This document shows, in pieces, positions 10,101 to 20,030 of a stretch of 64,000 nt of DNA. The position numbers and the translations under genes are program-made. The notes under the pieces were generated by a model. The model had not been told where the DNA came from, made no database searches, and was given only the letters and a program-made list of their open reading frames with translations. The first letter of the stretch is position 1, and each line of letters opens with the position of its first letter. This DNA is from Promethearchaeota archaeon (GTDB lineage: Archaea > Asgardarchaeota > Lokiarchaeia > Sigyniarchaeales > SOKP01): positions 64,001 through 128,000 of the forward strand of contig JALGVJ010000002.1 in the NCBI GenBank assembly GCA_029838195.1, in the 5' to 3' direction.

Positions 10101-11180
10101 AACCGTAGAATTAAAGCTTTTTGTTAAAAAGGATCTAATAGTAATAGAATCTATTATGAAATCAGAAGCATCAGACATGTTATTATAAATGGTAAAATCT
10201 ACTTGGCCCGCTTGCGACCTATCTCTTTCAATATAAGTATATCCATTACCTGAAGTAACATTAGAATAAGTATGATTTTGATTGAACTCATTATCGTAGA
10301 TTCTTATTAATCCTGATGCGTTTGGTTCCGTCCAGAGATTAAACTTGGCATTATCCAATAAAAGAGTGGGATCTGAGGAGGATTTAACTTCGGATTCCGC
10401 TTCAACATGAATACCCATTTTTAAAGTTATATTTCCTAGAGCTTTTTGACCAAAAGTTAGTGGATTAAAAAATAAAGTAAATGTTGTCCACGAATTATAA
10501 ATGGAATTATTAAAATGCAACGTATTATTTTTTTCCATTCCATTGCAAATAATTGCAATATACAAGCTTGCGTTGAGAATAGCACTTGAATCATAATAAT
10601 AATCAATAGAAAAGCTTGCTATTTTAGAAGAAAATTCCTCAGGGATTGTTAAGTTTTGATAATAATATGCGTAATGCCCTATTTCAAAACCAATATTTCT
10701 AACAATAGTAATTGATACACTTCCACTTGGATTTCCCTTGGTATCTTCATATTGATGGTCAAATCCTTCTTTAGAAGTATCATTTTCAATATAATACCAT
10801 CCCTCCATACCAGTATTAAAGCCACCATTAATTGCCCAATCTTTCTTTTTAGATACACCCTCAAAAGTAATATTCACGTTTTTAGAAGTCCAATCTTGAG
10901 CGATTGCAAAACTAATGTTTTCCCCCGAGTTTATATTTGTAAAAATATTTGAAACATTAGCGTATTGATTCACGCGCAAGGGATTTCCATTGGTTTCCGT
11001 GGAAGCGAGAGGCGTATTTTTAATGCCTTCATTTTCATCCTTCTTAGTTTTATTATAAAAATCATTCTTTTCATTCCTTATTAGATTAGGTGTAAATTCA
11101 GGGTTTAAAACTAAAAATAAGTTTAAATATAAACCCATTAAGACCAATAAAATTAATTTAAAGCATTTTTTCTTTCTCAT
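7179..11180 (-). CDS. Large cell-surface protein: signal peptide, beta-rich/Ig-like ectodomain, one TM helix, cytoplasmic longin-like domain
   Basis: Basic/hydrophobic N-terminus; many N-x-S/T sequons; repeated 'NGTYxLN'-type motifs; TM 'YWLWILVAVSIGATTSLGIIGL'; then 'IFFMHEESGIPLYS...DPQLLSGFIQAI'. Confidence 0.75.
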   Translation of the reverse strand: MRKKKCFKLILLVLMGLYLNLFLVLNPEFTPNLIRNEKNDFYNKTKKDENEGIKNTPLASTETNGNPLRVNQYANVSNIFTNINSGENISFAIAQDWTSKNVNITFEGVSKKKDWAINGGFNTGMEGWYYIENDTSKEGFDHQYEDTKGNPSGSVSITIVRNIGFEIGHYAYYYQNLTIPEEFSSKIASFSIDYYYDSSAILNASLYIAIICNGMEKNNTLHFNNSIYNSWTTFTLFFNPLTFGQKALGNITLKMGIHVEAESEVKSSSDPTLLLDNAKFNLWTEPNASGLIRIYDNEFNQNHTYSNVTSGNGYTYIERDRSQAGQVDFTIYNNMSDASDFIIDSITIRSFLTKSFNSTVSGKEGSYYSVGAQVNWYLEASITIPTGYQSWAEIEKPSDWNFTSILDGFYEQQRQNCEGVDLGSTKLKISNEILSEGLWKFEAISGNYLIEGNIATWNGTQFLDLSKLTHGDKFRINITLDDSLPLANTIVNYTIYYPNGTILMDNWKEPEDYNVKIGNFIVGDNMSVGKYIVKIFWSNNQSYLYRNKIGYKELSFIAWHHVNLTAVKDYFEQAAGEPLLLKVNLTDTDFNESITYAEVSYNSTYGSFGTMTYLGNGIYFGDIDTSSLDLGDYYFSFNASKTFFENITRNHLIHLKIIKPSMIIEIPSEAINATSNSFAICRINLKGVKDGAPLYPANISTNWQKFYNITDHYNGTYTLNFSTNDLPEEGVIKTYTIIINANKTDFGTTANSILLIIHPIETNVDSNNTLFNSYKNEIVNVKANYSISATSELIEGANCSVTWSSTFSIENRSEGFIIQLNTSGLAMGKHSCLIELNKPGFATGFINIFVIINPQYVSLTVHVDDEKINENEVIGVRYNDKLTLRARAYGEIDKVYLSGAIFTLHLGEHEIKLEKSDDDNWYEISLTITSENFSLGINALHVEFQKTDYSTTTFMFQLEVEQIEFNVNAINFQDSIQAYEGDSITIIILLTDSKKNLIKDANISYSWEYGTGQFQNLKNGTYILNLDLPENVIGNYKLTLIIFKESKIYQTKEYSILIFISERPVPAYWLWILVAVSIGATTSLGIIGLRARVIKPRRERKVLALKAKTQKFKDIRNIQAIFFMHEESGIPLYSQAYSFFKDIDPQLLSGFIQAIITIGTTITEQETMEKLTEEKGKTMEIDFKYFYTLIFDYQRLRTILILNKRSSERLKEKLYELAEKISIHFSKELEEFYGNMTPFKEGIPDILNEVLELYYKDYFVLIDEKTRFQKIKELRELSSLENRVLHVIESYLREHDDFKLDIIFDLMADKNEDLIIEAMENLINLGIIVPKKE

Positions 11181-11270
11181 TTAATTTATAAAGTTCAACA
11201 AATTTCATAATAATTATATTTTCGAACAATTTCATAAAATTCGAAAAATTGAATAAATAAGTTTTCCAGA

Positions 11271-11648
11271 TCATTCTTTTTTAATTCTAATCTCATTTAT
11301 CCCTATCCAATCTTTTGCTTCCTCAAAATCCTTAACAATTTTACGGTTGGGTGAACCCGCTTCTTGAATTAATACTTCAAATTCTTTTTTTAAAAGAGGA
11401 TTTTTCGAAATTATGAACACCGATTTTTCTAATTTTTCATTATTTTTTTTTAAAAAATCAAGAACTTTATCGAATGATTGTAAGTGCAATAAAACGGCAT
11501 CTAACAAATCTACGATTACAGAAAATTTTTCTACATTCATAGTAAGGTTTTCAAAGTCTTCGATAAAAACATCCGTTACCGAAGGAGGAAACGTCCCAAT
11601 TGCTTTAATATATAAGATATTATCTTCTATTTTTTCTATTTTATACAT
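11271..11648 (-). CDS. STAS/SEC14 (SpoIIAA-like) domain protein
   Basis: 'NILYIKAIG', 'VIVDL', 'FEEAKDWI' pattern; start moved to the ATG at 11648, which has GAGGT upstream. Confidence 0.65.
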   Translation of the reverse strand: MYKIEKIEDNILYIKAIGTFPPSVTDVFIEDFENLTMNVEKFSVIVDLLDAVLLHLQSFDKVLDFLKKNNEKLEKSVFIISKNPLLKKEFEVLIQEAGSPNRKIVKDFEEAKDWIGINEIRIKKE

Positions 11649-11883
11649 CGCACGTACCTCAATTGGTCTATTATATAGACTTTTAATAATAATATAAATT
11701 TTTGTCTTCATGTTGGTATTTTAACATGAAATCCCGCTAATATGATTAAAAATGAAAAATGTGGGAAGTAAAAAAAAGTATTATAAATTTTTAAAGGCGA
11801 GAATCGTGAAACGTATCTTTTACGAAAAAGCAAATATATCTCCGTGATATACTTTTTATTTTATTTAACTTTTTCCAAAATTA

Positions 11884-12840
11884 ATGGAAAATATACGAAA
11901 GGACTCCGCTTCTCCATCATCATGGATAAAATTCCTCTCCTTCCTTTTATTGGTGCTGACGACTCTTTTGTGGGGCACTACTTTTATTATTACCAAGAAT
12001 GTGGTCTCTCACGTCCCCGTTTTTTTTTATATATCGATTCGTTTCCTCTTTGCCCTCATCGTTCTTGTACCAATAATACTCTTTCGTTTAAAAGAAGTAA
12101 ATAAGGCATTAATTCGAGCGGGAATTCTAAACGGATTAATATATTTTCTCGCTCTTTCAACACAAACCATTGGTTTGCAAACAACCACGGCGGGAAAAGC
12201 AGGATTTATTACGGGGTTAAATAGTTTAATCGTCCCCTTTTTAATGTGGGTTGGTTTTAAAAAACCGGTAAAAAAAAGAATTTGGGCATCGGTAATAATT
12301 TCTGTGGTAGGAATGCTTCTATTAATGGTTGATGAAGTTTCCGGATTCGTTATCGGGGATATTTTTGAAATTTTTTGCGCTTTTTTTTGCGCAATTTATA
12401 TTATTTTAGTAGATTATCACGTCAATATTAAACAACTTGATGTGCATGCGTATTGTTTCACGCAAATCGTGATGGTTTTTTTAGCAAGTTCATTGACGAT
12501 GGTTATCAGCAATGAAACTTTTATCATTAAAAATTTATCCCTACCTTTTTGGCTGGTAATGATGTATTTAGGTGCTATTGTCACTTCTTTAACATTCATT
12601 TTTCAAAATCAAGCGCAAGTACACGTGGAACCTTCAAAAACAGCCATTATTTTTGCGCTTGAACCCGTTTTTGCCCTTCTTTTTGCCTCGTTTTTAATTG
12701 GAGATGAAAAAATTACGCTTCAAGGATTAATAGGCTGTAGTTTAATTTTCGTGGCAATTCTCTTAGCCGTGATCAAAAATAATGGATGGGAATTTAAGCA
12801 CGAATTAAAAGATAATATCCTTCTTCAAAATGATAAATAA
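11884..12840 (+). CDS. DMT/EamA family transporter
   Basis: About 10 TM helices; 'LWGTTF', 'GLQTTTAGKAGFITG', 'IFALEPVFA'. Confidence 0.92.
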   Translation: MENIRKDSASPSSWIKFLSFLLLVLTTLLWGTTFIITKNVVSHVPVFFYISIRFLFALIVLVPIILFRLKEVNKALIRAGILNGLIYFLALSTQTIGLQTTTAGKAGFITGLNSLIVPFLMWVGFKKPVKKRIWASVIISVVGMLLLMVDEVSGFVIGDIFEIFCAFFCAIYIILVDYHVNIKQLDVHAYCFTQIVMVFLASSLTMVISNETFIIKNLSLPFWLVMMYLGAIVTSLTFIFQNQAQVHVEPSKTAIIFALEPVFALLFASFLIGDEKITLQGLIGCSLIFVAILLAVIKNNGWEFKHELKDNILLQNDK

Positions 12841-13113
12841 ATTTTTCCAAAATATCGTTTATTTCTTTATTATCTATTCAAATTAATGTTATTAGCAGAT
12901 TAAGATGAGCTTATGTAATGATAAAAAAGGATCATGAACATGAGATAAAACCTAAGTGAGATTATTGCTTTTCATTCATGTTTTTTAAATATAATAATTT
13001 CTTTTGATTTAATTATCATGACTCGTGAAGGAGTGTTATTGAATTATTTTCCATAAACCGAAATTTTTTTATATTCGAATTGTTAGGATAATTGAAAATA
13101 AATATTATGGTGA

Positions 13114-15270
13114 ATGTATATTAATTGTTCAGCAGAGGTTTGTAATTTAGATATCTTATCTGAGGAAGAAGAGCATGAGTCTTTTTTTGAAGAACATTAT
13201 TGGTACTTTATAATACCTGCTTCAATATTACTGGCCATTTCCATAATTCTTGACTTCTTCACGAAAGAACCTTTTTTAAGTCAATTAATAGCAGCAATTT
13301 CCATTTTACTTTCCAGTTATGGCGTAGTATCGGAAGCTATTAAAAACGTAAAGGAGCGAAAAATTACAGCAAATTTATTGATGTTAATTGCCGCAGTAGC
13401 TTCTTTTTTCATTCTTCATGGACAAGAAGGAGCTACCGCAATTTTATTATATTCTATTGCAGAACACATTGAAGAGCTTACCACTGAAAAATCAAAATCT
13501 GCGATAAAACAATTGTTGGAGCTTGCTCCCGATGAAGCCTTATTAAAAAAGGATAAAGAATATATCCGGGTTCCAACAAGTAGCGTCGAACTTGGGAACA
13601 TAATAGGGGTAAAACCGGGAATGAAAATTCCTTTAGATGGGATTATTGTTAAGGGAAATTGTTATGTAAATGAAAGTGCGATAACAGGAGAATCTATACC
13701 AGTTTTTAAAAAAGTAAACGATGAAGTTTATGCCGGAACTCTTGTAACAGATAATTTTATCGATATAAAAATAACTAAAGATAGTTCGAATACCTTGGTG
13801 GCTCAAATTGCCCGTTCTATTCAAGACGCTCTTAAAAATAAAAGTAAAAAAGAAAAATTTATCGAGCGGTTTGCAAGATATTACACACCCATAATATTGG
13901 CTTCCGCTATTTTTGTAATGATCGTGCCCCCATTAGTTTTTAATTTAGATTTTAATTCTTGGTTTTATAAGGGATTGGTTTTATTAGTAGTCTCTTGTCC
14001 TTGTGCCTTAACGTTATCCACGCCCCTAACTAATATTGCGGCTTTAACGAAATTAGCACGTGAAGGTATCTTGGTGAAAGGAAACCGGTATATTGAACTT
14101 GTTAATGAATTAGAACTGTTCGCTTTTGATAAAACGGGGACTTTAACCGAGGGAAATTTGAGAGTGTATGAGATCAAGTCGTATAATTCTAGTGCTCAAG
14201 ATGTGTTGTCAATCGCAGCAAGCTTGGAAAATCTTTCGGAACATCCCATTGCTAAAGCCATTTTAAGATATGCCAAAGAACAAGCAGTCCCTTTAATTTC
14301 CGTAGAGCAATTTGAAATTTTTCCGGGAAAAGGAATCAAAGGAAAAATTAATGGAGAGATTTATTTCGTGGGGAATAATGCGCTAATAAAAAATTTGGAT
14401 TATGAAATCCCACGACAAGACATGGAAGAAATTGAGAGAACAGGCACCATTCCTATTTTGGTAGGAAATGAAAAGAATCTCTTAGGAATCATTACTATTC
14501 GAGATGTATTAAGGCTTGATGCTCCTATTCTCATAAACGGTTTAAAAGAGAGGAAATATAAAACAGTCCTAATATCTGGTGATAAACAAACCGTATGTAA
14601 TTCCATAGGGTCCTCCTTGGATATTGATGAAATCCGTGGTGAATTAATCCCTGAACAAAAAAATCAAGAAATTTTAGAATTAAAAAAGAAATATAAAGGT
14701 GTTGCCATGGTGGGCGATGGTATTAATGATGCTCCTGCCTTAACCACCAGCGATTTGGGAATAGCAATTGGAGCTTCTGCCACGGATTTAACTCTTGAAA
14801 CGGCGGATGTTATTATAATGAATGATCGATTGGTAAATATTCTAAAATACATTGATATTTCCAAAAAAGCTAATCGAATCATCAAACAGAATATTTGGAC
14901 ATCTATTATCATAAAAGTATCTTTTGCGATTCTTACGGTATTAGGATTAATGACTCTCTGGCTTGCCGTTGGCATTGGAGATGTGGGTGTTTCCCTTTTA
15001 GTCTTTGCCAATGGATTAAGAGTTTTTCGATATAAAAACGTGTTTGAATCTATCGATGCTGAAATGATGAAAAATGAAGCAAAAATATTAGTCTGCAATA
15101 ATTGTCAAACAAGAAAAATTATTCCTCAACATCATGGGAGAGATATGATATTAGAAGATGATAAATTGGTATGTTGGAGAAAAATGCTTATAGATGAAAA
15201 TTTAGAACCATGTGAAGAAGAACTTCCTTTAGATTGTCCTATTTGTAATCAAAAATATGACCTTCAATAA
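13114..15270 (+). CDS. zntA: P1B-2-type Zn/Cd/Pb-exporting ATPase with a C-terminal Cys/His module
   Basis: 'TGES', 'SCPCAL', 'DKTGTLT', 'SEHP', 'GDGINDAP', TM7 Lys ('IIIK') and TM8 'GDVG'. Confidence 0.88.
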   Translation: MYINCSAEVCNLDILSEEEEHESFFEEHYWYFIIPASILLAISIILDFFTKEPFLSQLIAAISILLSSYGVVSEAIKNVKERKITANLLMLIAAVASFFILHGQEGATAILLYSIAEHIEELTTEKSKSAIKQLLELAPDEALLKKDKEYIRVPTSSVELGNIIGVKPGMKIPLDGIIVKGNCYVNESAITGESIPVFKKVNDEVYAGTLVTDNFIDIKITKDSSNTLVAQIARSIQDALKNKSKKEKFIERFARYYTPIILASAIFVMIVPPLVFNLDFNSWFYKGLVLLVVSCPCALTLSTPLTNIAALTKLAREGILVKGNRYIELVNELELFAFDKTGTLTEGNLRVYEIKSYNSSAQDVLSIAASLENLSEHPIAKAILRYAKEQAVPLISVEQFEIFPGKGIKGKINGEIYFVGNNALIKNLDYEIPRQDMEEIERTGTIPILVGNEKNLLGIITIRDVLRLDAPILINGLKERKYKTVLISGDKQTVCNSIGSSLDIDEIRGELIPEQKNQEILELKKKYKGVAMVGDGINDAPALTTSDLGIAIGASATDLTLETADVIIMNDRLVNILKYIDISKKANRIIKQNIWTSIIIKVSFAILTVLGLMTLWLAVGIGDVGVSLLVFANGLRVFRYKNVFESIDAEMMKNEAKILVCNNCQTRKIIPQHHGRDMILEDDKLVCWRKMLIDENLEPCEEELPLDCPICNQKYDLQ

Positions 15271-15679
15271 TTTTTATCTTTATTTATTTTTTCACTCATT
15301 CGAACAGAATTAGAGGAAAAGCATTGTTTTAATTTAATTTCAAGCCAACAAATCAATTTTTTCAATAAAGTGGTTTAAGAGACTTCTACAATCTTTAAGA
15401 AATTCTTTTACTTTATACTAATAGTGCTTTGCATTAGATATAAAAGCTTCCTTAAAAACTCCTTCCACATGACCGTCAATCTATTCCATTACTCATTTAA
15501 TAACCATTTTTCCCAGTACCATTTTTTCCCTAAAATTTCTTATCTACAAATTCTTTAAAAATTTTTTTCTTGAATGACTAATATTAGGAAAAAATTAACA
15601 TGGAAATGACGTTCATGGATTTAAATTTTAAATGGTATTTTTAAGAATTTTATTCACCCTCTTACCAAAGAAAGAACTT

Positions 15680-17590
15680 TTAATCCATTTTCTCATTTGA
15701 TACCATCCAAATAGGACTAGACCACGCCATGTTATTGTGCTCTAAAAAAATTCTCAAGTAATAGAAAACAAACTTTTCTTTATTATTATCGCATGTTAAT
15801 ACCATACAGTTGAAATTTTCCATATCTATTATCTTTTCTTTCACTTTTTTCGAATTTACATTAATTTTTTTAAAAATTTTATTATTTCTAATTATCTCAA
15901 TTTTTTCCATGAGAATTGGACTAATTAAATTGAAAATTAAGGCCCTTTTATTATAAAAACTAGGGTGATCTTTCAAATCTATAATATCGCCCATGAAAAA
16001 TTGTTCTAAATAAAATTCAATGATAACTCTTGGACCTGTCGTGCCATAACAACGACGCTGGTGTAGCGCTTCCCATAGAGACTCTCTTGAAAGTTCTTTA
16101 GCCCACAAACCCATTATTCCTGGTTTATATAACCCATTTTCAATTTCAATCGGGCCCGAAGGGAAAATCCCCAAATGATCATCTCCTCCCGCTGTAAAGC
16201 CTAATTTGTAGCCTTTTTCAAGAGCATCTCGTACGAAACTTCCTTTTTTCTCTAACACAACACCTTTTTCGCGAGCATGAGGGCCATGTCCATAGAATTT
16301 ATAGCGGGGAGGAATGGGATTCCCTTCATTAAATGGATATTCTTGATTGCCCCATGTAGAATAAATTTCCACTAATTTTTCTAATTCATTATCAAAAAAA
16401 TCCCAATTTCGATACCCGGGCCTTAATGCAGAGTGATGGCAAATCATTAATATCTTATCTTTCCATGGTCGAAGATTCTTTATTAATTTAGGAAGCGAAT
16501 TGTATTTATTCATTTCTGACCGGAATATTGGAATAGTATCCTCCTTGTAATAAATGCAAATATCGCCATATCCCGTAAACCATGTTCCATACTCATAGCC
16601 AAAAAATGTAATAAATTTCTGATCTTTGTTGAATCGTTGAATTAATTGCTTTATATCTTCAAAATCCCGGTCCGTTGTTTCCCATGAATGATCGTGTTCC
16701 GTACAAGTACCAAAATCCAATCCTGCCTTAATTAAGTTTTCAAAATATTCTTCTGGATCAATAATTCCATCACTTTTATTGGTATGCCCGTGAATGAACC
16801 CCCAAAAGAGTTTTCTCTCATTAGATGGATTTTTACAAGTTAAGGGATTTGAAGTGAACATTTTTTCATTAATTTCCCCTTCAAAATAATAGATCCCTTC
16901 TTCACTGATTTTTACTTCGATAGTATTGGAGAATCCCTTACTAAAATCATCTTTATGTAAAGTGGCGATAAATTTTTTGTTAGTATCGTTCTTTATTAAA
17001 AAAATTTTCAACGGCAAGGATAGCGAATTGTCTTCCACTAAATTATTATACTTATCTTCTAACCGAACAATAATCTTAAATGATTTATTGCAATCTATAG
17101 TGGAGGGATTAATAATCCTTATATGGTCAAATTTACCGTTTATTACTTGTAACGTAGGAATTGGATTAACTAGATGGGTAGTTCCATTCGGAAACTGAAT
17201 CAGTACTTCAATCTTTTTTTTCTTTTCCACAAATGATTGTACTAAAGTATTTGATACATGAAGTGTAAAGTTCGTGTTTTTTTTAATTCCTTTCTTCTCT
17301 AAAATTAAATATTTTATCAATAATTCTTTTCCGGTAATTACTAATGGAATGACTTTTGGATTGTTTGGAATTTTTAAAGTAAAAAATCCGTTTTCCAACG
17401 GATCATGATTTTGAAGAAAATACCAATCGTTTTTGTTATTTCTTCCTCCACGGAAGCGAAAAATGAGAAATGAGTTATAAAGCAAATCAAAATCAAGAGA
17501 AAATGAGAGCATTAAGTTAGTAAACTCTCTTACTTTTACCTTTTTAGGTTTTATAGTTATCTTTCTTAAATGAAATAAATTCTTCTTCAA
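15680..17590 (-). CDS. DUF3604/PHP-like metallohydrolase
   Basis: 'WGFIHGHT', 'TEHD', 'GYEY', 'VEIYSTWG', 'GFTAGGDDH', 'CYGTTG', 'AWSSPIW'. Confidence 0.75.
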   Translation of the reverse strand: MKKNLFHLRKITIKPKKVKVREFTNLMLSFSLDFDLLYNSFLIFRFRGGRNNKNDWYFLQNHDPLENGFFTLKIPNNPKVIPLVITGKELLIKYLILEKKGIKKNTNFTLHVSNTLVQSFVEKKKKIEVLIQFPNGTTHLVNPIPTLQVINGKFDHIRIINPSTIDCNKSFKIIVRLEDKYNNLVEDNSLSLPLKIFLIKNDTNKKFIATLHKDDFSKGFSNTIEVKISEEGIYYFEGEINEKMFTSNPLTCKNPSNERKLFWGFIHGHTNKSDGIIDPEEYFENLIKAGLDFGTCTEHDHSWETTDRDFEDIKQLIQRFNKDQKFITFFGYEYGTWFTGYGDICIYYKEDTIPIFRSEMNKYNSLPKLIKNLRPWKDKILMICHHSALRPGYRNWDFFDNELEKLVEIYSTWGNQEYPFNEGNPIPPRYKFYGHGPHAREKGVVLEKKGSFVRDALEKGYKLGFTAGGDDHLGIFPSGPIEIENGLYKPGIMGLWAKELSRESLWEALHQRRCYGTTGPRVIIEFYLEQFFMGDIIDLKDHPSFYNKRALIFNLISPILMEKIEIIRNNKIFKKINVNSKKVKEKIIDMENFNCMVLTCDNNKEKFVFYYLRIFLEHNNMAWSSPIWMVSNEKMD

Positions 17591-17825
17591 TTTAAATTAT
17601 TTAATTTGAAATAGAGAAAAAATGTTTCTAAATTACAATTAAAGTGTCGGTAAAATGGTCTCCACTTAAAATTTCAAGTTAAAGCTTTGATTCCATCTGC
17701 TTGCTTTTTTCCTTTAGGATTGATGAAGATTCATCCATATAATTTAATGAAGCTATATTAGAGAATAAGAATGGTTTGAATTATCAATTATCCTGTATAA
17801 TTGCTCCTAAAAATCTTTTCTTTGT

Positions 17826-18398
17826 TCATTCAAGGTTAAAGGCTAATTTTAAGAGATCAGCATCGGTAATTATACCCACATAATGATTACCTTTCTTAAC
17901 AAGCACGGCAGGATAAGAACTGAGTAAATTGGAAATATTAGATGCTTTCCAATTCATATCTACTTCCGGAAAAGGCAATTCTTTAATCAGAAGAACATTA
18001 GCATTGATCAGTGTGGGATTATCGGTTATGAGTTTTTGAATTTTTTTTGACGTAATACTGCCGATGTTTTGATCATTTTCTATAATGGGTAATTGAGAAA
18101 TCTGATGCTTGTTCATTAATTCAATTGCTTGTTTTATTGTTGATTTCGAGCTAATGGAAATGATATTCGTGGTCATTATATTTTCAGCAAGTATTTCTGA
18201 ATTCTTTTTCTTCAAGGAATATTCTTCCAAATAGTCAAAAATTTTCTTGACTACGTGATAAGATGGATTTCCCTTTCCAGATTCAATGCGAGATAAAGTA
18301 GATTGGGGAATGTGTAAAACTTCTTCCAAATCTTTTTGCGTGAGATTAAGCTTTCTTCTTAATTCCTTAATCTTAGTTAATTCGGGTATTGAAGGCAT
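17826..18398 (-). CDS. XRE-HTH + CBS-pair transcriptional regulator
   Basis: 'LRRKLNLTQKDL...QSTLSRIESGKGNPS' then CBS motifs 'ISQLPII', 'GIITDADLL'; start set at MPSIP. Confidence 0.9.
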   Translation of the reverse strand: MPSIPELTKIKELRRKLNLTQKDLEEVLHIPQSTLSRIESGKGNPSYHVVKKIFDYLEEYSLKKKNSEILAENIMTTNIISISSKSTIKQAIELMNKHQISQLPIIENDQNIGSITSKKIQKLITDNPTLINANVLLIKELPFPEVDMNWKASNISNLLSSYPAVLVKKGNHYVGIITDADLLKLAFNLE

Positions 18399-18554
18399 TT
18401 TTTTCCAATATTGGCAAAGAATCATGATATTAATGAATATAACATGTCATAAATGAATAATTTCTTTCCATTTATTTATAAATGATATATTTTTTTCTAT
18501 TATAAATTTAATGTAATTTAAAAACTATTCTAATATAATATTCAAGGTGATTAT

Positions 18555-20030
18555 TTGACTAAAACATATGAAGCGATAAATGAAAAAATAAAAAAAAGAG
18601 AAGCAGTAGTAGTTACTGCGGAAGAAATGATAAAAATCGTGGAAGAACGAGGGACTAAAGTTACAGCTGAAGAAGTTGACGTTGTCACCACCGGTACATT
18701 TGGCGCCATGTGTAGCTCAGGCGCATTTTTGAATTTTGGGCATTCTGACCCTCCAATAAAATTTGAACATCTGTGGTTAAATGAGGTGCACGCATACCAC
18801 GGAAATGCGGCCGTAGATTGCTACATAGGCGTCACGAGAATGGCAGATAAAAGACCTTTCGAATATGGTGGTGGGAATGTCATTGAAGAATTAGTTGCTG
18901 GAAAGCCTATAAGGTTGCGTGGAATCTCCTATACTACGGATTGTTATCCTTTAGGAGAAATTGATACCTACTTTACCATCGATGATATAAATCAAGCAAT
19001 TTTATGTAATCCTCGTAATGGATATCAACGATACGTGTGTGCTACGAATTCTACCGACAAGACAATTTATACTTATATGGGAAAACTTTTACCTCATTTC
19101 GGCAATGCTCATTATTCTGGAGCAGGGGCCTTAAGCCCCCTCTGTAATGATCCTGATTATGAAACTATTGGTTTAGGAACAAGAATTTTTCTTGGTGGGG
19201 GAATCGGTTATGTAATTGGTGAAGGAACCCAACACAATCCACGTAAGAATTTTGGCACACTCTTCGTTAAAGGCGACTTGAAACAAATGTCTTCTGAATT
19301 CTTAAGAGGCGTAAATTTCGAAAAGTATGGGACTTCTTTATATGTAGGAATTGGTATTCCCATTCCTATTTTAAACGAAGGATTAGCAAAAAAAACCGCA
19401 GTTAAAGATGAGGATATCGTTACTGAAGTGGTTGATTATGGTATTCCTAGGAGAGATCGTCCCGTCCTCAGAACCATAAATTATAAGGAACTAAAAAGTG
19501 GAATTATCGATATAAATGGAAAGAAAGTAAAATGCTCCCCATTATCATCCTTATTTCACGCACGGAAAATTGCCAACATTTTAAAAGAATGGATCGAAGA
19601 TGGTGATTTTTTATTAAGTGCCCCTATTGAACGATTACCCACCAATACCATCTTCAAACCAATGAAGCAAATTTCTGAACAGAAATTTGTTAAAGATCTA
19701 AAAAAGAAAGCTATAATATGTCATGAGGACTGTGATATAAAAATAGTGGCATCTAAAATAGTTAAGGAAAACATGAACCACATTATCATTACAGACAAGG
19801 ACAATACGTTAAAAGGAATAGTTACCAGTTTCGACATCACGAAAGCTATAGCTGAAGAAAAAACGAAACTCTTGGATATCATAACTAAAAAAGTAATCAC
19901 GACAACCGATAATGAGCCAATTGATATCGCTGCGAGAAAAATGAGAATGAATGACATTTCTGCCTTGCCCGTAATTGATACTAATAATAAAGTAGTGGGA
20001 ATAATTACTGCGGAGGAGTTGATGCTATAA
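18555..20030 (+). CDS. L-aspartate semialdehyde sulfurtransferase, homocysteine biosynthesis (DUF39 + CBS; MA1821/MJ0100 family)
   Basis: 'VDVVTTGTFGAMCSSGA', 'YGGGNVIEELV', 'NPRNGYQ', 'TIYTYMG', C-terminal CBS pair; TTG start. Confidence 0.93.
   Translation: MTKTYEAINEKIKKREAVVVTAEEMIKIVEERGTKVTAEEVDVVTTGTFGAMCSSGAFLNFGHSDPPIKFEHLWLNEVHAYHGNAAVDCYIGVTRMADKRPFEYGGGNVIEELVAGKPIRLRGISYTTDCYPLGEIDTYFTIDDINQAILCNPRNGYQRYVCATNSTDKTIYTYMGKLLPHFGNAHYSGAGALSPLCNDPDYETIGLGTRIFLGGGIGYVIGEGTQHNPRKNFGTLFVKGDLKQMSSEFLRGVNFEKYGTSLYVGIGIPIPILNEGLAKKTAVKDEDIVTEVVDYGIPRRDRPVLRTINYKELKSGIIDINGKKVKCSPLSSLFHARKIANILKEWIEDGDFLLSAPIERLPTNTIFKPMKQISEQKFVKDLKKKAIICHEDCDIKIVASKIVKENMNHIIITDKDNTLKGIVTSFDITKAIAEEKTKLLDIITKKVITTTDNEPIDIAARKMRMNDISALPVIDTNNKVVGIITAEELML

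Noticed and set aside
12918-12959. Mini-ORF MIKKDHEHEIKPK upstream of zntA as a metal-sensing leader peptide
   Set aside because: 13 codons, about 150 bp from the ATPase start, no supporting structure; expected by chance
15335-15522. Minus-strand coding-like stretch (MVLGKMVIK*VME*IDGHVEGVFKEAF...)
   Set aside because: Several stops and no recognisable family; may be a decayed gene but cannot be supported
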